In this document: positions 54,047 to 64,000 of the stretch, piece by piece | How positions within the stretch are numbered: the stretch's first letter is position 1 | Layout: every line of letters begins with the position of its first letter | Origin: Fibrobacterota bacterium | GTDB lineage: Bacteria; Fibrobacterota; Fibrobacteria; UBA5070 | Assembly (NCBI GenBank): GCA_029557215.1 | Contig: JAKPQQ010000222.1 | Span: forward strand, 18,481 to 82,480 | Reading direction: 5' to 3' | DNA: 64,000 nucleotides | Program-made: the position numbers and the translations under genes | The notes under the pieces: generated by a model | Told to the model about the DNA's origin: nothing | Database searches by the model: none | Seen by the model: only the letters and a program-made list of their open reading frames with translations

Positions 54047-54856
54047 ATGCGTATCTACAACAACGTCAACTCGGTCAACATCCAGAACACTCTGAATACG
54101 ACCAACACGAACATGCAGAAGTCCCTCGAGAAGCTGTCTTCGGGTCTTCGCATCAATCGTGCGGCGGACGACGCGGCGGGCCTTTCGGTATCGGAAGGTC
54201 TTCGTTCCCAGATTCGCGGCAGCCAGATGGCGTCCAGGAACGCCAACGACGCGCTGGCCATGCTGCAGATCACGGAATCGGGCACGCAACAGATCACGGA
54301 TTCGCTGCAGCGCATGCGCGAACTCGCGGTCCAGTCGTCCAACGGCACCTACACCAACACCGATCGCGGCTATATCCAGCAGGAATACGCGGCCCTGGCG
54401 TCGGAAATCAACCGAATCGCCTCGGCGACCACCTACAACGGCATCGAAATGCTCACGGGAACGACCGCGTTCTCGTTCCAGGTCAGTGCCGCCAAGGATG
54501 GCACCAGCTCCACGATCAGTTTCACCTCGATCAACCTCGCATCCGGACTCTCGTTCGGCGGCGTGTCGGGACAATCGGCCGCCCAGAGCGCCGTCGGCCA
54601 GATCGACACCCTCCTGGCATCGGTCCTTTCGCTGCGGTCCACCGTCGGTTCGACCATGAACCGTTTGAGCACCACCGTCTCCAACCTGGGAGACATGGTG
54701 ACCAACCTGACGGACGCCGAAAGCCGGATCCGCGACACCAACTTCGCGTCGGAAACGATGCAGTTCACCAGAAACCAGATCCTGACACAATCCGCCCAGA
54801 GCATGTTGAGCCAGGCGAACCAGCTGCCATCCGGAGTGCTCGGATTGCTGCGTTGA
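54047..54856 (+). CDS. fliC: Flagellin, short form (269 aa)
   Basis: LSSGLRINRAADDAAG, LQRMREL, AESRIRD, QANQ; AAGGAGG RBS. Confidence 0.96.
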   Translation: MRIYNNVNSVNIQNTLNTTNTNMQKSLEKLSSGLRINRAADDAAGLSVSEGLRSQIRGSQMASRNANDALAMLQITESGTQQITDSLQRMRELAVQSSNGTYTNTDRGYIQQEYAALASEINRIASATTYNGIEMLTGTTAFSFQVSAAKDGTSSTISFTSINLASGLSFGGVSGQSAAQSAVGQIDTLLASVLSLRSTVGSTMNRLSTTVSNLGDMVTNLTDAESRIRDTNFASETMQFTRNQILTQSAQSMLSQANQLPSGVLGLLR

Positions 54857-54883
54857 CCTTTCTTCTTGTGGAATCCCGTCTTG

Positions 54884-54915
54884 GACCGCCTCGAAAGGGG
54901 CGGTCTTTTCTTTCT
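54884..54915 (+). terminator. Intrinsic terminator after fliC
   Basis: GACCGCCTC-GAAA-GGGGCGGTC followed by a T run. Confidence 0.85.
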
Positions 54916-54923
54916 TGGAAGAC

Positions 54924-56480
54924 ATGCGGCTCACAGCCTGTCTCATCGCCCGCGACGAGGAGAACGCGTTGCCTCGGTGCCTGGCCTCCCTGGGCGGCAT
55001 CGTCGACGAAATCTGCCTGCTCGACACCGGCTCGCGCGACCGCACGGTCGAGATCGCCCGCGGCCACGGCGCCGTCGTGGGTTTTCGCGCCTGGGACCAG
55101 GATTTTTCCGCCGCCCGCAACGCGTGCCTGGAACTGGCGACCGGCGACTGGATCCTGCAGATCGACGCCGACGAGGAGATCGACCCGGCCACCGTCGCGG
55201 GCCTCCGACAGGATCTGGAATCCGGTCCGCCCTGTCGGCTGGTGGACGTGGTCCTGCTCGACGGCACGGACCGTCCCGGCCTCGTGCGGCTTCCAAGGCT
55301 GTTCTCGCGCGACGGGCGCATCCGCTACCGGCGGCCGGTCCACGAATCCGTCCTGGAATCCCTCGACGACGCCCGGCTTCCGCCTCCGGCGCCGTGCCGC
55401 CTGCGGCTGATCCACCACGGCTACCGCCCCGAGATCGTGGAGAACCGGGCCAAGCGGGAACGGAATCTGTCCATCCTGCGCGCCAGCCGCGATTCGGGCA
55501 GGGCGGACGCCTACGACCTCTACAAGCTCGCCACCACGCTCCCCGCCTGGGAAGGCGGGGCGGAACGTTCCCGTGCCCTGGCTTCGGCATGGCAGGCGGG
55601 AGGCATGCAGCCGGAATCCCTCCGGGCCGAATGGCCGTGGTGGGATCGGCTGGCCCAGGCCTACGCCATGGATCTGGTGCGCCGGGGCGAATTCTCCCGG
55701 GCGCGCGATGTCGCCGCGTCCGCATCCAGCGGCGGTCGCCAATCGCCGCTGGCCCTCACCGCGCTGGCGGAGCTCCATCTGCGGGCGGGCTTTTCCGGTC
55801 CGGCGCAGGACATCGCCCAGCGGGCCATCGGCCAACTTGGCGAAGGAGCGACCCTGGTGGCCTTGGGCGGCAAGGAAGAGTCGGAACTCGAATGGATCGC
55901 CGCGCGCGCGGCCAAGGCATCCCGGATCGAGGACCGGTTCCTGCTCCATCTCGAGCGCGCCGTGTCGCTGGGCTCCCTGGAAGGACGCTGCATGCGCGCC
56001 GGCTGGAAGATCTCCCAGGAAATCAACGAAGGCTGGAAGGAACTCGACATTCTCCTGCGCTCCGACGCGCGGTCCCCCTGCGTCCTGGTCGCCGCCTCCG
56101 AAGCCGCGCGATCGCAAGGAGACCGCTCCACGTCGGACCTGCTCCTGGAGCAAGCCGCCGCCATCCCCTCCGATTCGGGACGTCTCGCGGCGACCCGCCT
56201 CTGGATGCGCTCCTGGCTCGCCGGTCGGGAACCGTCCTACGATCTCCCTCCCTTCGACATCGAAGCCGCCGCGATCCACGGATTCCTGGCCATGCTGCAC
56301 GACCTCCCCTGGAAGCCCGACCCGTTCCTGCACGTCGGGATGCTCCGCTCGACCCTGGCCGACATCCTGGAAGCGCTCCTCGGCGCCGGGCGGGAAGACG
56401 TGGTCCGCCGGTTCGCCGCGGGCGCCGCATCGCGCGACGCCGACCTCCCGGGCGTTTCCGGATTGGTGGAAGGGATCTAG
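54924..56480 (+). CDS. GT2 glycosyltransferase with helical (TPR-like) C-terminus
   Basis: LIARDEE, DTGSRD, DFSAARN, IDADE, VHE, HHGY. Confidence 0.9.
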   Translation: MRLTACLIARDEENALPRCLASLGGIVDEICLLDTGSRDRTVEIARGHGAVVGFRAWDQDFSAARNACLELATGDWILQIDADEEIDPATVAGLRQDLESGPPCRLVDVVLLDGTDRPGLVRLPRLFSRDGRIRYRRPVHESVLESLDDARLPPPAPCRLRLIHHGYRPEIVENRAKRERNLSILRASRDSGRADAYDLYKLATTLPAWEGGAERSRALASAWQAGGMQPESLRAEWPWWDRLAQAYAMDLVRRGEFSRARDVAASASSGGRQSPLALTALAELHLRAGFSGPAQDIAQRAIGQLGEGATLVALGGKEESELEWIAARAAKASRIEDRFLLHLERAVSLGSLEGRCMRAGWKISQEINEGWKELDILLRSDARSPCVLVAASEAARSQGDRSTSDLLLEQAAAIPSDSGRLAATRLWMRSWLAGREPSYDLPPFDIEAAAIHGFLAMLHDLPWKPDPFLHVGMLRSTLADILEALLGAGREDVVRRFAAGAASRDADLPGVSGLVEGI

Positions 56481-58099
56481 TCGGCGGCTTCCAGGACTCC
56501 GTACTTGAGGAGCCAATGCACCTGCCAGACGGCCTCCTCGCGCGATCGCCCCGCGAGGACGGCGCACAGGCGCGCGTGGTCGGACAATTTCCGTTGGCCG
56601 TGGCGCATGTTCACGACCAGGGCCGACAACAGCTTCCCGTCGGAAATCGGCATCAGATCGCCGAAGGTGGGCGGCATGGGCAGCTCGCCTCGCAGGATCG
56701 CCTCGCCCAGGGACGAAAGCCGCAGGAGGGGATCCAGATCCGGAGCGGGTTCGGCATAGTGCCTGAACGCCTCGGCGGGATCCAGGATTTCGGGATCGGG
56801 CCCGCCCCCCTTGCCCGGCACGTCCATGCGATCGGCCTCGCGACGCAGGTCTTGCCAGATTCCGGCCAGTCGTCCGACCACCGCCTTCCAGGAGAACAAC
56901 CGCTCGGCGCGTTCGCGCCCGGCGTCCCCGGACGACCGGGCCAATGCCGGATCGTCCAGGTACCTCGCGATCGCCGCGCGCAGGCATCCCGGATCCACCG
57001 CCACGCCTTGGCTTGTCGCCAGCTGCGAAAGGTTCGGCTCCAGCACCGCGCGCAAGGCGATCGCCTCCGGAGGCGGCGGCGCCCATCGCACCGGGACCAG
57101 AGCCCCGGTCGCGCCGTCCTCCACCAGATCCTTGTAGCCGTCCCACCGCGAGGCCACCACGGGAAGCCCCGATGCCATCGCCTCCACCACCGCGATCCCG
57201 AACGTCTCCTGCTGGTTGTCCACCGGCGAAACGAACACGTCGGCGGCGGCCAGCAGGTCCAGCTTCTCGGCATCTTCGATATCGGGACGGATCCCGACAT
57301 GCGCCGCCAGCCCCAGCTCGTCCACGGTCGCACGCAGGGAAACGAGGTCGCCTTCGGAACCGCCGCCGGCCAGCACGAGCAGGCGCTTGCCGACGGATTC
57401 CGACACGATCGCGCGCCACTGGTACAGCAGCGGATGCAGGTCCGCCTTGGATGCCGCAGAAAGCCTTCCGATCCACAAGGCGACCCTCGCGTCCGGGGGG
57501 ATCGCCAGCCGTCGGCGCGCCTGGTCCTTGTCGCGACGCAGGAAGTAGCGCTCGTCCACTCCGAGCGGCGCGATTTCCAGCCGGCCCCGGAATCCGCCGC
57601 CTACCATGCCCAATTGGCGTCGGAACGATTCCCGCCCGTCCCGGCTCGTGCAGATCACCGCGTCGCAGGGCCCCGTCGGCGCCGCCACGAGCCGCCTCAG
57701 CATTCCCGCCATCGACGGATCGTTCAGGCTGTGGATGGTGCCGGTCAGCGGGAAGGGCCGCGCGGCGCGGTTCGCGCGAAGCCACGCGAGCGCGCCCAGG
57801 TAGCGGCTCCAGCCTCCGCTGTGCACGACCTCCCAATCGGCGCCGGACATCGCCTCGGGAAGTTCCAGCTGCGGACGCGTCGCGATCCTTGCGACCAGAT
57901 TCCGTCCATCGGGAAGCGCCGCGATCCATTCGCGCAGGCGCCGCCCTTCGTCGACGGTCGGACAGAAGAATTCGAACCGGTCGTAGGGGCCGTGTCGCAG
58001 CAGGGCCTCCAGGAAGGTCGCGTTCGCGACGAGCCGCCCCAGGCGCAGCGAGGGTCGCGACGATTCGATGAAGGTGTCGGCGGAGGCGAAGATGCGCAC
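56477..58099 (-). CDS. GT4 glycosyltransferase
   Basis: PLGVD, IGRLS, QETFGIAVVEAMASGLPVV. Confidence 0.9.
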   Translation of the reverse strand: MRIFASADTFIESSRPSLRLGRLVANATFLEALLRHGPYDRFEFFCPTVDEGRRLREWIAALPDGRNLVARIATRPQLELPEAMSGADWEVVHSGGWSRYLGALAWLRANRAARPFPLTGTIHSLNDPSMAGMLRRLVAAPTGPCDAVICTSRDGRESFRRQLGMVGGGFRGRLEIAPLGVDERYFLRRDKDQARRRLAIPPDARVALWIGRLSAASKADLHPLLYQWRAIVSESVGKRLLVLAGGGSEGDLVSLRATVDELGLAAHVGIRPDIEDAEKLDLLAAADVFVSPVDNQQETFGIAVVEAMASGLPVVASRWDGYKDLVEDGATGALVPVRWAPPPPEAIALRAVLEPNLSQLATSQGVAVDPGCLRAAIARYLDDPALARSSGDAGRERAERLFSWKAVVGRLAGIWQDLRREADRMDVPGKGGGPDPEILDPAEAFRHYAEPAPDLDPLLRLSSLGEAILRGELPMPPTFGDLMPISDGKLLSALVVNMRHGQRKLSDHARLCAVLAGRSREEAVWQVHWLLKYGVLEAAD

Positions 58100-58115
58100 A
58101 CCGGAAGAATAACCC

Positions 58116-60548
<2,433 letters not shown>

Positions 60549-60605
60549 CGGCCCTCAGAATAGCATTCGCCGGAATACGGGACCATCGGCCCCCGGCCTG
60601 ACACG

Positions 60606-60641
60606 AAAAAGCCCCGCCTTCCTCGATGGAGAGCGGGGCTT
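60606..60641 (-). terminator. Intrinsic terminator after fabI
   Basis: Minus strand AAGCCCCGC...GCGGGGCTTTTT. Confidence 0.75.
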
Positions 60642-60668
60642 CGCGATTCGATTTCCGTCAGCGACGAA

Positions 60669-61466
60669 TCAGCCGGCCTTGGCTTGTTCCTCGGCGAAGC
60701 TGAAGCTCACGCAGTGGTAGCCGGCGTCCACGTGGACGAGTTCGCCGGTGATGCCGCGGGCCATGTCGGAAACCAGGAAGGCGGCGGTGTCGCCCACTTC
60801 CGCGGTGTCCACGTTGCGATGCAGGGCCGAACGGTTTTCGGAGATGCTCAGCATCTTGTTGAAGTCGCCGATGCCCTTGGCGGCCAGCGTGCGGATGGGG
60901 CCCGCGCTCACGATGTTCACGCGGATGCCCTGCTTGCCCAGGTCGTGGGCCAGATAACGCGCGGAGCACTCCAGGGCGGCCTTGGCCACGCCCATCACGT
61001 TGTAGTGCGGGATCACCTTTTCGCCGCCGATGTACGACAGCGAGACGATCGCGCCGCCCGGATTCATGGCGGCCACGGCGTGGTGCGAAAGCGCCGTCAG
61101 CGAATAGGCCGAGATGTCCAGCGCGGTGGCGAAACCGTCGCGGGACGTGTCCTGGAATTCGCCGTCCAGGTCTTCGCGCTTGGCGAAGGCGATGGCGTGG
61201 ACCAGGAAGTCGATCTTGCCCACTTCTTTTTCGATGCGCGCGAACAGGTCGGCGATCGATTCGTCCTTGGTCACGTCGCATTCGAACAGCGGAGCGGACT
61301 TGCCCTCGCCCTGGATGAGCGATTCCACCGACCCTTTGAGCCGCTCGCTGGGGTAGCTGAAGCAGAGTTCGGCACCCTGCTGCCAGCACGACTTGGCGAT
61401 TCCCCACGCGATCGAACGTTGGTTCGCGACGCCGGTGATCAGTCCCTTCTTGCCCTTGAGAATCAT
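60669..61466 (-). CDS. fabI: Enoyl-ACP reductase
   Basis: GVANQRSIAWGIA, ISAYS, YNVMGVAKAALE, AGPIRTLA. Confidence 0.96.
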   Translation of the reverse strand: MILKGKKGLITGVANQRSIAWGIAKSCWQQGAELCFSYPSERLKGSVESLIQGEGKSAPLFECDVTKDESIADLFARIEKEVGKIDFLVHAIAFAKREDLDGEFQDTSRDGFATALDISAYSLTALSHHAVAAMNPGGAIVSLSYIGGEKVIPHYNVMGVAKAALECSARYLAHDLGKQGIRVNIVSAGPIRTLAAKGIGDFNKMLSISENRSALHRNVDTAEVGDTAAFLVSDMARGITGELVHVDAGYHCVSFSFAEEQAKAG

Positions 61467-61490
61467 ATGCTGTGGTCCCTTGCGAATTCG

Positions 61491-62768
61491 TTAAGGAAGG
61501 AAAATGGCCTGGTCGCGACGCGGTCCCACGGACACCATCGCGATCGGAGCGCCGACGAGTTCCGCCAGGCGCTCGAGGTATTTCTTCGCGTTCTCGGGCA
61601 GGTCCGCCCAGGAAACCGCCTTGGAAGTGTCGGACATCCAGCCCGGCAGAGTTTCGTACACGGGCTCGACGTTCTCGAACTCGCGCATCTGCATCGGGAG
61701 ATCTTCCAGGACCTTGCCTTCGGACTTGTAGCCCACGCAGACCTGGATCTCGGGGAGCTGGTCCAGCACGTCCACCTTGGTGATGGCCAAGCCGGTGATG
61801 CCGTTGACGCGCACCGCCTTGCGGACCACCATCGCGTCGAACCAGCCGCAGCGACGCGCGCGCCCGGTGGTGGCGCCGTATTCGCCGCCCCACTTGCGCA
61901 GGCTCTCGCCGAGTTCGCTGTCGAGCTCGGTGGGGAACGGGCCGTTGCCCACCCGGGTGGTGTAGGCCTTGACCACGCCGATCACGCTCTGGATGGCGGT
62001 GGGACCCACGCCCGATCCGCAGCAGGCCGAACCCGCGATCGTGTTCGAGCTGGTCACGTAGGGGTACGTTCCGTGGTCGACGTCCAGGATGGTCCCCTGG
62101 GCGCCTTCGAACAGCAGGTGCTTCCCGGTCTTGATCGCCTTCTCCAGGAGCAGCGCGGCGTTGGCCACCAGCGGCGCCAATTTCCGTCCATACTCCAGGT
62201 ACTGCGCCACGATGGGCGCCGCCTGGAGGGCTTCCGCCTCGTAGACCTTGGTGAAGAGGATGTTCTTCTCTTCCAGGATCGATTCGACCTTGAAGCGCAG
62301 ACCTTCCGGATCGAGCAGGTCGATCAGACGGATTCCGGAACGCGCGACCTTGTCGACGTACGCCGGGCCGATGCCGCGACCGGTGGTGCCGATCGCGTTC
62401 TTGCCCGCGGCCTTCTCCTTGAGCTTGTCCAGCTGGACATGCCACGGCATGACGATCTGCATGTTCTCGGCGAGCCACAGACGGCCGCGGACATCGAAGC
62501 CGCGCCCTTCCAGCTCTTCGATCTCGTGCAGCAGCTGCGCCGGATCCAGCACGACGCCGTTGCCAATGACGCAAGTCTTGGTGGGTCGCATGATGGCGGA
62601 TGGAATGAGATGGAAGACGAATTCCTGGTCGCCGACGACGACCGTGTGGCCGGCGTTGGCGCCGCCCTGGAACCGGATGACCACATCCGCGTGCTCGGCC
62701 AGCACGTCGATGACCTTTGCCTTGCCTTCGTCTCCCCACTGGGATCCGACGACGATCGTGTTCTTCAT
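61491..62768 (-). CDS. purA: Adenylosuccinate synthetase
   Basis: QWGDEGK, GGANAGHT, GTTGRGIGP, EGAQG, GATTGR. Confidence 0.97.
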   Translation of the reverse strand: MKNTIVVGSQWGDEGKAKVIDVLAEHADVVIRFQGGANAGHTVVVGDQEFVFHLIPSAIMRPTKTCVIGNGVVLDPAQLLHEIEELEGRGFDVRGRLWLAENMQIVMPWHVQLDKLKEKAAGKNAIGTTGRGIGPAYVDKVARSGIRLIDLLDPEGLRFKVESILEEKNILFTKVYEAEALQAAPIVAQYLEYGRKLAPLVANAALLLEKAIKTGKHLLFEGAQGTILDVDHGTYPYVTSSNTIAGSACCGSGVGPTAIQSVIGVVKAYTTRVGNGPFPTELDSELGESLRKWGGEYGATTGRARRCGWFDAMVVRKAVRVNGITGLAITKVDVLDQLPEIQVCVGYKSEGKVLEDLPMQMREFENVEPVYETLPGWMSDTSKAVSWADLPENAKKYLERLAELVGAPIAMVSVGPRRDQAIFLP

Positions 62769-62831
62769 TGTTTGCTCCGCGGAGACGCCTCCGCCCTGCC
62801 GCTTTTCCAGACAGAAAGAGGAAAAGCTAAT

Positions 62832-63740
62832 TCAAAACATTTCCCGTTGGTGGGCGAGCATCGCTTCCAATTTCGGGACGATCGTGGCGCCCAGGGTCGG
62901 ATGGGCGTCCAGAGCGGCCTTCCAGAACCCCAACGGCCGGACTCCGTGCACCTGGGGACGGCGCGCGTCGCGCACCACGTCGACCACCACCGGATCCAGG
63001 GCGAAGGCCTTGGACGCCGCCAGGGCCAGCTCGATTTCGGCGGAACGGGCCGTGTCGGCCACATGTTCGGCCTCCAGGCCCGGGGTTCCTCCGCGCCAGG
63101 CGGCGGCGACTTCGCCCGCCAGCACCAGAAGGCTCACCACCTCGCCGCGGACGTCGCGCGTGAGCACGAACGGGCCGGTGGGATATTCCTGCCACAGCTC
63201 CTCCAGCCGGTCGCGCACCTGCCCGCCCTGCGCGACCCACTCGATTTCAGGCGCGTGCGCGCCTTCGGGAACCCGGAACTGCGCGCCTTTCCACAGCCGG
63301 ACAAAATCCGCGGCATCGTCCAGGTTCTCGCCTACGTAGTGGTCGATCACCGGCACTCCGGCGCGGGACAACCGCAGGAGCACGCGGGTGGGCTCCCAGG
63401 CCAGGCGGATTCCGCGAGGATCGGGAAGGACCGGAACGCCGGCAAGGGCGATCTCTTCGAGAATCGCCCTTCGCCATTCGAACAGTTCCGCATCCTGCTT
63501 GCCGCAAACGGCCGCGACCAGGATGCCGGACAATTTGGACCAGTCGCCGTGCGACCAGTCGTCGTGCGTCAAAACATGGCGATCGCCGAAGCGGAACGCC
63601 TGGGGGCCCATCCAGACCGGCTTTCTTTCCTGCTCGAGGAAAGCCCTGAAAATGGGCCCGACGGAAAGATCCCAGATCGGAGCGACGAGCCCGATCCGAT
63701 GACCGTGTCCACCGTCCTTGCGGGACGAGGATCCGGGCAT
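62832..63740 (-). CDS. Degenerate RimK-like ATP-grasp protein
   Basis: GVPVLPDPRGIRLA..LSRAGVPV and LALAASKAFALD..VVDV resemble RimK; ATG overlaps the rpmG stop (TGATG). Confidence 0.6.
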   Translation of the reverse strand: MPGSSSRKDGGHGHRIGLVAPIWDLSVGPIFRAFLEQERKPVWMGPQAFRFGDRHVLTHDDWSHGDWSKLSGILVAAVCGKQDAELFEWRRAILEEIALAGVPVLPDPRGIRLAWEPTRVLLRLSRAGVPVIDHYVGENLDDAADFVRLWKGAQFRVPEGAHAPEIEWVAQGGQVRDRLEELWQEYPTGPFVLTRDVRGEVVSLLVLAGEVAAAWRGGTPGLEAEHVADTARSAEIELALAASKAFALDPVVVDVVRDARRPQVHGVRPLGFWKAALDAHPTLGATIVPKLEAMLAHQREMF

Positions 63741-63907
63741 CAGACCTTCTTGGCTGCGTGCTCGGTGTGCTTCTGCAGGCGCGGGCAGTACTTCTTGAAG
63801 ACCTTCGACTTCGCGGTCTTGTCGAGTACCACCGTGTAGTTCTGCATCTTGGTTTCTTTGCAAACCAGGAAGTAGATCTCCTTGCCTGTCTTTTTCTTGG
63901 CGGCCAT
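63740..63907 (-). CDS. rpmG: 50S ribosomal protein L33 (absent from the ORF track)
   Basis: Manual translation MAAKKKTGKEIYFLVCKETKMQNYTVVLDKTAKSKVFKKYCPRLQKHTEHAAKKV. Confidence 0.88.
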   Translation of the reverse strand: MAAKKKTGKEIYFLVCKETKMQNYTVVLDKTAKSKVFKKYCPRLQKHTEHAAKKV

Positions 63908-63942
63908 GGTGCTGTTGTCCCTGTAAATCGTGAAGGGGCAGG

Positions 63943-63971
63943 AATGTAGCCCCTCCCCCTGTTGCTTTCAA
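63943..63971 (-). promoter_or_regulatory. Sigma70-like promoter of the rpmG operon
   Basis: Minus strand TTGAAA-N17-TACATT. Confidence 0.6.
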
Positions 63972-64000
63972 GTGGGCCGACTAGTTTTCTCTCATCATGT

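Overview
GC-rich bacterial chromosomal window of about 57 genes. I found no rRNA, tRNA, CRISPR array, prophage or transposase. Fibrobacterota affiliation is inferred, not proven, from a Fibrobacter-type LexA box, a double-length UvrA and a DLRGR-type C-terminal tail on CotH. Housekeeping genes are ahpC, uvrA, ridA, pyk, psd, ybeY, argF, a trmJ-like gene, HU, fabI, purA and rpmG. Flagellar genes are flgF-flgG-flgA and fliC with two glycosyltransferases. Signalling genes are very dense. One chemosensory operon (cheB-cheR-REC-HDOD-Hpt-REC/PP2C-STAS-cheA-cheW) converges on an atypical operon with two CheW-less CheA-like kinases, two periplasmic proteins, CheX modules, an MCP and a degenerate GGDEF protein. 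The best candidates for undescribed systems are that CheW-less operon (33.6-43.1 kb) and a translationally coupled KaiC-like ATPase / two small membrane proteins / receiver / UvrA-like module behind argF (47.2-52.3 kb). Other signals are a GTAG-type REP palindrome in frame inside uvrA, an OxyR-spaced operator, three sigma54-like promoters with a TCGC -12 box, probable leaderless genes and a Ser/Thr kinase with a CBM3-like tail. All calls come from motif recognition by eye; no database searches were run. Several start codons were moved from the ORF track.
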